Shown: positions 31,073 to 40,181, counted from the first letter of the stretch. The stretch is DNA of 64,000 bases from Candidatus Multivoradales bacterium (GCA_965223325.1 CBDCWI010000002.1:4128001-4192000), one strand, 5' to 3'. Notes: generated by a model from the letters alone, not told the origin. Numbers and translations are program-made.

Positions 31073-31519
31073 GCCAAGGCCTCGGCCAGCAGCGCAACGC
31101 CTGCGAGGATCGTTGACGAACCGCGCGGCTCTCCTGAGCCGCGTGGACGTTCACGTGGGTGCCAGTCCATGAGAAGCAGGCCCTACGAGGCCGCAAGCCC
31201 TCAGTCGCAGCGGCCCTCCCAAAGAAGTCGGAGCCCGATCCCCTTCGCGAGCCGGGTTGGGTTATATGGAACTCGTGTTCCACATTGACCCAGCCACCCG
31301 ATCAACAAACGCCCAGGATTCCGCGGCCCGCGCCAGGGCGCGCGCGAACTACACCGCGCCAGCGCGCCGCCTTTCAGACCTCCGTCCAGCAAAGACGGAC
31401 GAGATGGTCCGCCTTTCCAACCGCCGGAATGTCGAACCCAGGACCCGAAGTGCAATGTCACCGGGTGCCCAAGGGATCATCGCCAGACGCCAGCGGTACA
31501 ATTATGTGGACGCGAGCGG

Positions 31520-31561
31520 CGGTGTTCGCTGTTTTCGTTCCATTGAATAACACTGTTCGGC
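31520..31561 (+). other. Putative integron attI site
   Basis: TTGAATAACACT-GTTCGGC: first GTT core, not preceded by an attC hairpin; TTCGGCGGC is complementary to the R'' end of cassette 1. Confidence 0.6.
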
Positions 31562-31590
31562 GGCTTTGGGGAACGTAAGCCGGGAGGCGA

Positions 31591-32178
31591 TTGGCTTTGG
31601 CCACGCTGTTCGACATCGTCACTGAGAGGGTCAATGGGGCTCCTTTCGGCCACCCGCCTGAGCCCTGGTCTCGACCTTCGACCATTGCAGTAGGAGGCCT
31701 GTTGTCGATTGGATTTGCTCCGTCCACAGAACTCCTCCTGGTCACATCGCACGATGGCCGAGGACTCATCGATTGCGGGAGCGGTCGCCTAGTTGAGCGG
31801 AACCGAAACGTGACCGAGGCGTTCGAGGATCCATACTTGCTCGAGGCCGAGGGTATTGGCCCTCTAGCTGGGACGTCCGTCCGCATGGCCGGCTTCTACG
31901 GAGGAGGGCTGCCTCGGACTACTCGAGACGGCTGGTCTGTCGAGGTACTGCCCATCGACTGGCCAAGCGACACCCTCGTGCTCGTCCATCCCGGTTCTTG
32001 GATCTTCGAATCGAGGCCGGGCAGATCCACAGAGTTTGTGAAGATCGACACACACTCTGCTGAGCTACGCGCCGTCGGGTTCTCGTCGACGGGACGGTCC
32101 CTAGTCGTTGGAACCAACTCCGATGTGACCATATACAGCCGTGTGACGCCGCCGAACAACCGGATGGAGCCGACATGA
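31591..32178 (+). CDS. Cassette hypothetical protein (beta-propeller-like fragments)
   Basis: GGAGG RBS; GFAPS.ELLLV and AVGFSSTGRSLVVG repeats; stop lies inside attC. Confidence 0.75.
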   Translation: MALATLFDIVTERVNGAPFGHPPEPWSRPSTIAVGGLLSIGFAPSTELLLVTSHDGRGLIDCGSGRLVERNRNVTEAFEDPYLLEAEGIGPLAGTSVRMAGFYGGGLPRTTRDGWSVEVLPIDWPSDTLVLVHPGSWIFESRPGRSTEFVKIDTHSAELRAVGFSSTGRSLVVGTNSDVTIYSRVTPPNNRMEPT

Positions 32179-32230
32179 ACAGCTCGGCTTCGCCTTCGCT
32201 GCTCAAGCGGCTCATCCTTGTCCGTTCGGC
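32151..32230 (+). repeat. attC site
   Basis: GCCGAAC-aacc-GGATGGAGCCG...CGGCTCATCC-ttgtcc-GTTCGGC. Confidence 0.9.
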
Positions 32231-32608
32231 GGCGAAGTCGCTATCCTGGCGCCTCAGCTGGGTCGCTCGATCCATCAGAGCGTAGCTCCGGCTTCCTTGT
32301 TTAGGGGGCGCGCGTTTCCGCGGAAACGTCGTCCGTGCCTGGCGCCTGGCGATGGCTCCTCCGAATGCGAAGGTCGTCAGGCAAGTCAGCTCCGGGTCCG
32401 GTTCTCCGCTCGGTTGTCGTAGAGCGACCCACAAGCTATATGTGTCGCTCCTGTCTACTCCGGTGTGCTGTCACCTTCATGGCAGAATGCCAGTGGGCAC
32501 CGGTTCGAAACCGGCAAGGCTCTTGAGCACCAGGCCAGCGCTCTTCAGAAAGGAAACGTCTCAGTGATCGAAACGAGGGGCGTCGTAGATATCGGAGCGC
32601 CGCCGAAC
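32225..32608. other. ORF-less cassette (384-bp body), possible structured RNA/DNA
   Basis: Bounded by attC sites, no credible ORF; palindrome CGTTTCCGCGGAAACG and several hairpins. Confidence 0.65.
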
Positions 32609-32688
32609 AATGTGAATGCAGGGGGCATCGACCCTTCGTTCGCTTCGCTCCGTCGGGCCGCTGCCCCTGATCCACAGGGCCGTTCGGC
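32602..32688 (+). repeat. attC site
   Basis: GCCGAAC...CAGGGGGCA...CGCTTCGCTC...TGCCCCTG...GTTCGGC. Confidence 0.85.
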
Positions 32689-32718
32689 GGCCAACGAACC
32701 TCATCAAAACGGGAGGCA

Positions 32719-32964
32719 ATGATGCGTTCTGGATGGATTGGATTTCTGGCACTCTCAGGTTTTGTCATTCTCCTCGCAGTTGTAAACGTTGGCGCTACGC
32801 AGCTCTCCGAGACACCGGAGAACTCCTGCTCTATTCAATGCCCGCAAAACACGGCCTATCCGGGTCTGGGAGGCAGTGTCACGTGCCGGGTCGGCTCAGC
32901 ACCCGTCTGTCAATGCGTCAACCCTGAGGAGATGATGGCCTATTGCGAGAAGCTCGAAGAGTGA
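32719..32964 (+). CDS. Small secreted Cys-rich cassette protein
   Basis: GGAGG RBS, signal peptide, six Cys in the mature part. Confidence 0.7.
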   Translation: MMRSGWIGFLALSGFVILLAVVNVGATQLSETPENSCSIQCPQNTAYPGLGGSVTCRVGSAPVCQCVNPEEMMAYCEKLEE

Positions 32965-32989
32965 GCTGCGCCGAGGGCGTTAGTCACTG

Positions 32990-33337
32990 ATGGCGTCGAA
33001 ATGGATCATGATCGCGGGCCCTTACTCAAGCGGAGGCGCTTCAGCCTCGCGGCGCCGTGCGAATCTTCGCGCTATGAACGAGGTTGCGTTCGCGATCTAT
33101 CGCAAGGGTCACATACCGATAGTGGGGGTGAACCTTGCCCTTCCGCTCATCGAAATTGCGGGCGACGATTCGTACGAAGAGATCACGATGCCCTTGTCGC
33201 TCGCCGCAGCATCACGGTGCGATGCGGTTCTTCGAATCGGTGGCCCGAGTTCTGGCGCTGATGAAGAAGTCGAACGAATTCGCAAAGCAGGTGGGGCCGT
33301 TTACAGCTCCCTTTCCGAAGTACCGGAGGTCGCATGA
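32990..33337 (+). CDS. DUF4406/nucleoside-deoxyribosyltransferase-like protein
   Basis: IMIAGPYS, GHIP, CDAVLRIGGPSSGADEE. Confidence 0.7.
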   Translation: MASKWIMIAGPYSSGGASASRRRANLRAMNEVAFAIYRKGHIPIVGVNLALPLIEIAGDDSYEEITMPLSLAAASRCDAVLRIGGPSSGADEEVERIRKAGGAVYSSLSEVPEVA

Positions 33338-33344
33338 ACGGGCC

Positions 33345-33431
33345 GCCGAACAATCGAAATGCACGAGGACTCGTACCCGTGCTCGCTTCGCTCGCTCGGG
33401 TACTCGCCTGTGATTTCGGGGGCGGTTGTGC
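33345..33431 (+). repeat. attC site
   Basis: GCCGAAC...GTACCCG..CTCGCTTCGCTCGCTCGGGTAC...GTTGTGC. Confidence 0.88.
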
Positions 33432-33768
33432 GGCGGGGGAACCGTAGAGCTAGCGGCTCAAGGCGACCGCCGCGAATGATGCTCGGTGGGCCCGGGTGGA
33501 TGTGCGAGACGTCCTGGTGTGAAGGCAAGGGCCCTGCGCTGGGCCCGCCTGGTGCCGGCTGCCTATCAGCTCTATGGCCACTCGCTGAAGCGACTGCGTC
33601 TTCGAGGTTTCTTCACCACTACCGCGAGCGCCGCCCCGGCACGGCGCGGTGGTCTAGGTGATGCCTCGCGAGCCACGGCGCTCCCCAAGTACCCGTCCGG
33701 AACCCCGGACTTGCTGGCCTCCGCGAGTTGGAGTTATACTAGTTTGTCAATAATATGGAGTATCGGCC

Positions 33769-34266
33769 ATGGCTAGCATCTTCACACCTCTACTCGGCTC
33801 AGCTCTGCTCGGCCGGAGCCAGCCGATTCTCTTGGCCTTCGCCCTGGGAGTCTCCTCGCCCTTGGTGGCACGCGCCCAGGACTCCAAGCCGACGACAGCG
33901 CCAGTATTCGTCGCGAGCCAGTGCTCCGACGACTCCGTCGGGGAACGGGTTGCCTACTACGTTCGCGAAGGCATCAACAGATCCACCACCATGCGTACCG
34001 TGGATCGGTACGTCGATTCGGTTATTCGACTTAGCTTGGTTTGCAGTCCGCCGGTCCCTAGAGAGCGAGGCGGTCGGAGTGCGTATAGCTACCAGATCAC
34101 GCTCTACAACTTCGATGGGTACTACGACTTCGCTCTTACGCACGGAGTAGGGGTTTGCGGCAGTGACCGCGTTAAGAGTTGCGCAGACGGGCTTGTTGCA
34201 ACCACGTCTACCGAGTTGTCAGCGTTGCGTGCTCGCCTGGCGGATGAGAAATTCGAGTGGCCATGA
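33769..34266 (+). CDS. Secreted cassette hypothetical protein
   Basis: GGAG RBS, signal-like N-terminus, four Cys; AT-rich promoter-like stretch at 33728-33757. Confidence 0.7.
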   Translation: MASIFTPLLGSALLGRSQPILLAFALGVSSPLVARAQDSKPTTAPVFVASQCSDDSVGERVAYYVREGINRSTTMRTVDRYVDSVIRLSLVCSPPVPRERGGRSAYSYQITLYNFDGYYDFALTHGVGVCGSDRVKSCADGLVATTSTELSALRARLADEKFEWP

Positions 34267-34381
34267 TCAGAACAAGTACATCGAGCCTAGGCGGGGGTAC
34301 CTCGATTGCGCTTGCGGTGTGCAAGACATGAGAACCGCCCAGCGGCCAGACTCGTCACCGGCAACGGACCAGAGGGCCGCC

Positions 34382-34465
34382 GCACAACAACCGCATTCAG
34401 CGCGACTCGTACCCGCGCTCGCTGCGCTCGCTCGGGCACGAGCGGCTGATGCTCGTCCGTTGGAC
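34382..34465 (+). repeat. attC site
   Basis: GCACAAC (complementary to cassette start GTTGTGC)...CGCTCGCTGCGCTCGC...GTTGGAC. Confidence 0.9.
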
Positions 34466-34531
34466 AGCCTTGAGGCAACCACCTTGAATAGGTCAAGAGA
34501 TCGTGTGCTTGTGACATGTTGGAGCGTGGCT

Positions 34532-35170
34532 ATGTCGCTCACTCTCGTGTCCTGTGCCGAGGAGTCAGAAGCTATGAAGCTCTTCAGAAGGTCCGTTTCC
34601 GTAGAGACTCAGTTGGCGGAACTCCGATCCTGCGGCATTGAGCTGAACGAGGGAGTCGAGATCGGCGATCTGACGACTTTCGACGACCGCGCTGCGCTGG
34701 AGAAGCGGCCCTACCAGGGCCTCGTTGAGGTTTTGGGTATCGACGTCGAGCGTGAACCGTTCACCCCTATCTGCGACTCGCTGTGGATGTGCGACTACGA
34801 GAGGGTCGAAGATCACGGGGCGTACGCTGAGGTCCTCGAGCGCCTTGAGCTCATGACAGGCTCAGCCTTGGGGTTATCCGACATAGAAGATCACGTTGAC
34901 GTCTTCGACGAAGGCGTTGCTTGGGTCTCGTTTACGTTCGGCGGCCAGCCGCACAGGTGGGATTTCGAGGTGCAAGATGACTGGCTCGATCCCACCGTTT
35001 TCGTGAAATACGATCAGATGCTGAAGGCCGCTGAGTCTGAAGTGAGGATCTACTCGAACCATACCGACTACGGACAAGTGGCATTTCTCGCGGCCTTCAG
35101 CGCGTCACAGCACCGGTGCTTTGAGAAGCTGTCCCCGGTGAAGTTGATGCAGATCGAGTACCAGGCATGA
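34532..35170 (+). CDS. Cassette hypothetical (possibly lipo)protein, copy 1
   Basis: GGAG RBS; LVSC lipobox-like; acidic; D.E...D.G.Y and DDWLDP motifs; identical copy at 37361. Confidence 0.8.
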   Translation: MSLTLVSCAEESEAMKLFRRSVSVETQLAELRSCGIELNEGVEIGDLTTFDDRAALEKRPYQGLVEVLGIDVEREPFTPICDSLWMCDYERVEDHGAYAEVLERLELMTGSALGLSDIEDHVDVFDEGVAWVSFTFGGQPHRWDFEVQDDWLDPTVFVKYDQMLKAAESEVRIYSNHTDYGQVAFLAAFSASQHRCFEKLSPVKLMQIEYQA

Positions 35171-35188
35171 GAGTTCCCCAGTGCGGCT

Positions 35189-35273
35189 GTCCAACAACCA
35201 CGTGCACTGGACGCGTACCCCGCACTCGCTTCGCTCGCGCGGGCTCCGCGCCAGTGACGTTCGTCCGTTGGAC
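35189..35273 (+). repeat. attC site
   Basis: GTCCAAC...CACTGGACGCG...CGCGCCAGTG...GTTGGAC. Confidence 0.9.
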
Positions 35274-35287
35274 GGCTGAACGGGGAA

Positions 35288-35902
35288 TTGACCGTGGGTA
35301 GGGCGACCATCGCCAAGAAGACGTTCGACGTGAACATCGAGCGAGCCAGCTACTTCCTCGACATTCACGAGCAGACACAACCCGGCGTCGGCGCGCCAAC
35401 ACTTGCCCGCCGAGAGCTCCCGAGAGGTGCGATTGTGTTCGGTGTCGGAGCGCTCGATGCCTACCTGTCCGAAATCTCGGCGGAGGTCATCGTTACTCGC
35501 CTCAGGGAAAGTGAAGCTTCTTCGCGCGAACGAGAAATCTTGAGGAAGGTCCAGAACGAGCTACCCACGCTAAGTCTCGAAGTGGCGCTCCTGGGATCTC
35601 AGGCCGCGAGGATCCAGCACATCCGAGATGCAGTGACGGACCACTTCTTCAACCATGTAAGCCATCATGGATCCAAGGCGGTGGGAGCAGTTCTGCAGCG
35701 AATGGACCTCCGGTCCGCCGACTTTTGGAACCATCTCTCCTCTAAAGGCCACAACGACGCAGCAGAGCGCTTGGATCACTGGACCAACGTTCGTCATGAG
35801 ATCGTCCATCATGGAAAGAAACCTCAGGTCCGCCGGCCACAGGCCCGGAAGTTCATCGAACTGGCCAAGGCTCTCGCCAGCCGATTGGACCATCATGCGT
35901 AG
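35288..35902 (+). CDS. HEPN-domain protein (putative RNase)
   Basis: Helical protein with N-terminal ALDAY..E and C-terminal R-x4-H (RHEIVH) motif. Confidence 0.72.
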   Translation: MTVGRATIAKKTFDVNIERASYFLDIHEQTQPGVGAPTLARRELPRGAIVFGVGALDAYLSEISAEVIVTRLRESEASSREREILRKVQNELPTLSLEVALLGSQAARIQHIRDAVTDHFFNHVSHHGSKAVGAVLQRMDLRSADFWNHLSSKGHNDAAERLDHWTNVRHEIVHHGKKPQVRRPQARKFIELAKALASRLDHHA

Positions 35903-35909
35903 CCACGCC

Positions 35910-35995
35910 GTCCAACAACCGCATGCACGTGGACGCAGACCCCGGGCTCGCTGCGCTCGCTCGGGGTTCACGCCAGTGATGCTCGTCCGTTCGGC
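35910..35995 (+). repeat. attC site
   Basis: GTCCAAC...CTCGCTGCGCTCGC...GTTCGGC. Confidence 0.9.
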
Positions 35996-36024
35996 GGCTG
36001 GCGCGCCGCGATACAATCAGGACC

Positions 36025-36267
36025 ATGACTGACGACGCCGCTGCCGTTCTCGAGCAAGCCCTGGTCCTGGACGAGTCATCCCGGGCTGACGTGGCTGCCG
36101 CCCTCATTCGAAGTCTTGAGCCTCCTGAGGAGGCAGACGTCGAAGAGGCCTGGCGCGAAGAGGTTCGCCGGCGCCTCGACGACTACAAGGCAGGCGAGAC
36201 CTCGACGGTCCCTTGGTCAGAAGTGCGCGATCAGCTCTTCTCGAGGTTGCGTGCCGCTAGAGGTTGA
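36025..36267 (+). CDS. Addiction-module antitoxin (TIGR02574-like)
   Basis: AL.L...RA..A..LI.SL, EAWREEVRRR, VPWSEV. Confidence 0.85.
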   Translation: MTDDAAAVLEQALVLDESSRADVAAALIRSLEPPEEADVEEAWREEVRRRLDDYKAGETSTVPWSEVRDQLFSRLRAARG

Positions 36268-36541
36268 ACTTACACGCCGCGCCCGCCTCGACATCGACGC
36301 CGGGTTCGAGTGGTACCTCGAGCGAAGCCCCAACGCTGCCGAGTCGTTCCTGCGCGAAGTCGATCGCGGAGTCGCCCTGGTCGTCGAGGCACCCGGCGTG
36401 TGGCCCACATTCGAGGGCGCCCAACGCTACGTACTCAACCGTTTTCCCTATTCGCTCATCTACACCGTCGAGGGTCATGTCGTGGTCGTACACGCCGTCG
36501 CGCATCAGAGCCGGCGCCCCGGGTACTGGAAGGACACGTGA
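36251..36541 (+). CDS. RelE/ParE-family toxin
   Basis: A..DI...FEWY, RFPYSLIY, VAHQSRRPGYW; overlaps the antitoxin stop. Confidence 0.88.
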   Translation: MPLEVELTRRARLDIDAGFEWYLERSPNAAESFLREVDRGVALVVEAPGVWPTFEGAQRYVLNRFPYSLIYTVEGHVVVVHAVAHQSRRPGYWKDT

Positions 36542-36549
36542 GCGGCGCC

Positions 36550-36632
36550 GCCGAACACACAGGTCGAGCTGACGTGAACCCGCGCTCGCTTCGCTCGCTC
36601 GGGCCCACGCAGCTCACCTTCGTCCGTTGGGC
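36550..36632 (+). repeat. attC site
   Basis: GCCGAAC...AGGTCGAGCTG...CAGCTCACCT...GTTGGGC. Confidence 0.9.
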
Positions 36633-36673
36633 TGCTCGGGAACCGCATGCGGTGAGCGCAGGTCGAACGATTC

Positions 36674-37204
36674 ATGGCTTCGAGGCGAATCCTCCGCACC
36701 CGGCCGGCCCTGCTGCTGTTGTTGCTGGTCGCCGCCTCCGCTCCACTCGGGTGCGTCGGCCGGCATCATCGCGAACTTCCTCCGCTCGTCAGCACGGAAC
36801 TCACACTCACTGGCGCGTCTTCGGCCCTTCTCGAGGGCCGTTGGCGGGATGTCGATTGGGTCGTGCTCGCAGAAGTCCAGCCGCGTCGACTCTCCGTTCG
36901 GGTACCAGACGGATTCTGGATCAGTGATGCGCGCGTGGTCGACCGCGAGGTTCGCTTCTTGCTTCACGGAGGCGGCGGAGAAGGCGAGATGGCGCTTCGT
37001 TTGCTGGATGCGGAGACAGTCGTGCTTCTTCCCGCCGGAAGCGAGCCGTCCTTCTGCGGAACCTGTACCCCCTACATGTCTCGTCTATCGACGCTCATCC
37101 GTCACCGTGCGCCGCGAGCTGTTCCTGACGGTCTCGCGTGGTTCTCAGACAGGGTCGAGGAACGGTACGAGGCCGGGATGGACTGGCTCGCATCCGTTCT
37201 TTGA
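36674..37204 (+). CDS. Cassette lipoprotein, hypothetical
   Basis: Basic N-terminus, hydrophobic stretch, PLGC lipobox, CGTC motif. Confidence 0.65.
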   Translation: MASRRILRTRPALLLLLLVAASAPLGCVGRHHRELPPLVSTELTLTGASSALLEGRWRDVDWVVLAEVQPRRLSVRVPDGFWISDARVVDREVRFLLHGGGGEGEMALRLLDAETVVLLPAGSEPSFCGTCTPYMSRLSTLIRHRAPRAVPDGLAWFSDRVEERYEAGMDWLASVL

Positions 37205-37211
37205 GCGCGCA

Positions 37212-37294
37212 GCCCAACAACTCACTCCACGCGACGCAAACCCGCTTCCGCTTCGCTCCAGCGGGCCTGCGCGCGTGAGCCTTGTCCGTTGGAC
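37212..37294 (+). repeat. attC site
   Basis: GCCCAAC...CACGCG..CGCTTCGC..CGCGTGAG...GTTGGAC. Confidence 0.88.
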
Positions 37295-37360
37295 AGCCTT
37301 GAGGCAACCACCTTGAATAGGTCAAGAGATCGTGTGCTTGTGACATGTTGGAGCGTGGCT

Positions 37361-37999
37361 ATGTCGCTCACTCTCGTGTCCTGTGCCGAGGAGTCAGAAG
37401 CTATGAAGCTCTTCAGAAGGTCCGTTTCCGTAGAGACTCAGTTGGCGGAACTCCGATCCTGCGGCATTGAGCTGAACGAGGGAGTCGAGATCGGCGATCT
37501 GACGACTTTCGACGACCGCGCTGCGCTGGAGAAGCGGCCCTACCAGGGCCTCGTTGAGGTTTTGGGTATCGACGTCGAGCGTGAACCGTTCACCCCTATC
37601 TGCGACTCGCTGTGGATGTGCGACTACGAGAGGGTCGAAGATCACGGGGCGTACGCTGAGGTCCTCGAGCGCCTTGAGCTCATGACAGGCTCAGCCTTGG
37701 GGTTATCCGACATAGAAGATCACGTTGACGTCTTCGACGAAGGCGTTGCTTGGGTCTCGTTTACGTTCGGCGGCCAGCCGCACAGGTGGGATTTCGAGGT
37801 GCAAGATGACTGGCTCGATCCCACCGTTTTCGTGAAATACGATCAGATGCTGAAGGCCGCTGAGTCTGAAGTGAGGATCTACTCGAACCATACCGACTAC
37901 GGACAAGTGGCATTTCTCGCGGCCTTCAGCGCGTCACAGCACCGGTGCTTTGAGAAGCTGTCCCCGGTGAAGTTGATGCAGATCGAGTACCAGGCATGA
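37361..37999 (+). CDS. Cassette hypothetical protein, copy 2 of 34532..35170
   Basis: Translation identical to copy 1; offset 2829 bp. Confidence 0.8.
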   Translation: MSLTLVSCAEESEAMKLFRRSVSVETQLAELRSCGIELNEGVEIGDLTTFDDRAALEKRPYQGLVEVLGIDVEREPFTPICDSLWMCDYERVEDHGAYAEVLERLELMTGSALGLSDIEDHVDVFDEGVAWVSFTFGGQPHRWDFEVQDDWLDPTVFVKYDQMLKAAESEVRIYSNHTDYGQVAFLAAFSASQHRCFEKLSPVKLMQIEYQA

Positions 38000-38017
38000 G
38001 AGTTCCCCAGTGCGGCT

Positions 38018-38102
38018 GTCCAACAACCACGTGCACTGGACGCGTACCCCGCACTCGCTTCGCTCGCGCGGGCTCCGCGCCAGTGACGTTCGTCCGCCGT
38101 AC
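38018..38102 (+). repeat. attC site with altered R' core (GCCGTAC instead of GTTGTAC)
   Basis: Identical to attC 35189 up to the crossover G at 38096. Confidence 0.85.
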
Positions 38103-38484
38103 TGCGCAGGGCACAGTCTAGGTAGCGGCCGGGGCATCGCGAGCTCAGCACGTTGCGCTATCGTCGCGGCCGATTCCGCCGAGCCGTTCGCGGGTGCCGA
38201 CCGTCACGTTCCCGCGGAAACGTTCCGGCGCCACCGCCGGCCCGCGGTGCCGCTCGGCCGGCAAGCTGTACCAGTCGGCCAAGGCCGGGCGGGCACTGGT
38301 TCCTTCTCGTAGCTGTTCAGCGGTGCAAGAATGTGCCTGTACCTGCGCCGTGCAGCCCTCGTCTCTCACCCGGCCGGCGCTACGGAGACCGGGCCGGTTC
38401 GTGGCTCGTGCCTTCTCGTCGAAGAACGCTGCGAGGATCTGAAGCGAACGTCAGCCATGGCAGCCGAAGAGAGCGCAGTACAAC
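38097..38484. other. ORF-less cassette A (388-bp body)
   Basis: Bounded by attC sites; colinear homolog at 41380..41767; no shared ORF. Confidence 0.75.
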
Positions 38485-38560
38485 AACCCGGTCAACTCGA
38501 CATGAACACGCGTCCGCTTCGCTCCCGCGCGTTCATGCGAGTTACCGTCGTCCGTTGGGA
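38478..38560 (+). repeat. attC site
   Basis: GTACAAC...AACTCGACATGAAC...GTTCATGCGAGTT...GTTGGGA. Confidence 0.9.
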
Positions 38561-38580
38561 GGCCTTGGTAGAATCTCGTC

Positions 38581-38802
38581 ATGGCTGACGTTTCTATGTC
38601 CGAAGTTCTTGAGCTGCCGGTGGAAGAACGCCTCCGCCTAGCCGAAGCGATCTGGGACAGCATCGCTGAATTCCCCGAGTCTGTTCCTCTTGCGGACGAG
38701 CACAGAGAAGAGCTCGACCGCCGCCTTGACGCCTACTACCGTGATCCAGCGTCCTCGAGCCCCTGGCCCGATGTGAAGAAGAGGCTGCTGAGCGGGAAGT
38801 GA
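38581..38802 (+). CDS. Addiction-module antitoxin (TIGR02574-like)
   Basis: LPVEERLRLAEAIWDSI, ELDRRL, PWPDVK. Confidence 0.9.
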   Translation: MADVSMSEVLELPVEERLRLAEAIWDSIAEFPESVPLADEHREELDRRLDAYYRDPASSSPWPDVKKRLLSGK

Positions 38803-39098
38803 CACTTGCATCGATCGTCACGCCCGAAGCCGAAGCCGACCTGTCCAACGCGTACTCTTGGTACGAACGCAGGGTCGATGGTCTCGGGCTCGACTTCATC
38901 GAGGAGTTTGAGGCGTTGCTGCAGAGGATCGGTGAACGCCCGGATTTGTACCAAGTCGTGCACCGCGATATCCGTCGAGCACTACTCCGCCGGTTTCCGT
39001 ACGCCGCGTTCTACGTTCAAGAGCTCGGGGCCGCCGTCATCATCGCTGTCTTACACCAAGCACAACACCCGCGGCGCGCCCTGTCCCGTCGGCGCTAG
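38799..39098 (+). CDS. RelE/ParE-family toxin
   Basis: AEADL..AY.WYE, GLG.DF, RRFPY, IAVLH. Confidence 0.9.
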   Translation: MTLASIVTPEAEADLSNAYSWYERRVDGLGLDFIEEFEALLQRIGERPDLYQVVHRDIRRALLRRFPYAAFYVQELGAAVIIAVLHQAQHPRRALSRRR

Positions 39099-39109
39099 TG
39101 AGCACGGCC

Positions 39110-39194
39110 TCCCAACAACGCGTTCCAGCAGACGCGAACCCCGGGCTCGTTGCGCTCGCTCGAGCTTCGCGCTGCTGAACTCAGTCCGTTGTGC
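39110..39194 (+). repeat. attC site
   Basis: TCCCAAC...GTTCCAGCAG...CTGCTGAAC...GTTGTGC. Confidence 0.9.
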
Positions 39195-39661
39195 GGCCTA
39201 AACTCGAGATTGCTGGCGCGCTGCTAGCCGGCGCGTTTCTCATAGCCTCGCCTCTCTCGGCGGGCGTAGGTCTGTGTGCGACCGTGGACGACGTTCAGGT
39301 TCTTGAGGAAGCGAACGGCTCGGCCACGGCAGTGAGAGTCTCCGGAGTGCATGACATCGGCGGACCTATCGACGTCATCGTGGTGTCGCTCGAAGTGCCC
39401 GGTCGGATTGCTGCCGAAGTGCACGTCTGCGGCGGCCCCAACATCCCGACCTCGTTCGACGAGACGCTTCCTCTGCCTGTTCTGCCGAAGGGCAGCTACC
39501 AACTGGAGACCATAGTCGTAGCTTGCAACTCGGAAGACAACCGCGAGTTGTGTAGCGTTACGCCCTTCGAGATCACCGTGAGTCCTATCCCGACCATGGG
39601 TAGGGCCGGGCTTGCGGCCTTGGCGATCCTCCTTCTCTGGTCAGCCAGGAGACGGCTGTGA
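39191..39661 (+). CDS. Secreted protein with IPTL-CTERM-like sorting tail
   Basis: Signal peptide; C-terminal PIPTM-GRAGLAALAILLLW-SARRRL; GTG start inside the attC R' box. Confidence 0.72.
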   Translation: MRPKLEIAGALLAGAFLIASPLSAGVGLCATVDDVQVLEEANGSATAVRVSGVHDIGGPIDVIVVSLEVPGRIAAEVHVCGGPNIPTSFDETLPLPVLPKGSYQLETIVVACNSEDNRELCSVTPFEITVSPIPTMGRAGLAALAILLLWSARRRL

Positions 39662-39759
39662 CGGTCAGGGCAGGCACGAGAGAACACGCCAAGCGGCCGC
39701 CCAACACCTATGAGGTCCCCTGACGTCAAGCGGCAAACGTCTCCTAGCGGACGCGGTCC

Positions 39760-40181
39760 GTAACGGTTTTCGGTCAGGTTTCGAATTCTGACTTTGGTTT
39801 CAGAGTGGGTGCGAGGCGAAGCCTCTGCACCAAACACCTATTGGGCCTCTGCCCTCGCCGAAGCGACGACTGCTGGCAGAGCCAGCGGACCAGAAACACA
39901 TCGGTGCCCTCGTACCGTCCGATTCAAACCGTGCTGGTCACGCCGGTGGCGTGCCGGAGTTGGTTGCCTGGTTCGGGTGAGGGGCAGAGGTCGAGATCGA
40001 CCGAATGCTGGCAGGTGAGTGGGAAGCCTCGTCCATTCAACCGGTCTGGCTGCCGGCTCTTGTGTCTCAGGCGCGTTGGGTGTCGATGCACCTGGAGCGG
40101 GTACTCCAATGAAGCGCCAAGGATGAGATCGGGCCGTGTGGCTCCAGTTAGGCGGAGGGCTCGAGGCTTCCAACTCGGAGA
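39760..40181 (-). ncRNA. Putative bridge/seekRNA of the IS1111 element (boundaries approximate)
   Basis: Long stems 40022-31/40162-71 and 39846-62/39972-90, flanked by segments matching the attC target halves and the IS ends. Confidence 0.7.

Noticed and set aside
32964-32985. Separate attC between ORFs 32719 and 32990
   Set aside because: Only a GCGTTAG 3'-like remnant is present; the outer ends (TTCGGCGGCC / GGCCGCCGAA) pair as one two-gene cassette.
39707-40181. Group II intron (IIC-attC) or retron RNA
   Set aside because: The adjacent ORF is a DEDD IS110 recombinase, and no reverse transcriptase motif was seen in the window.
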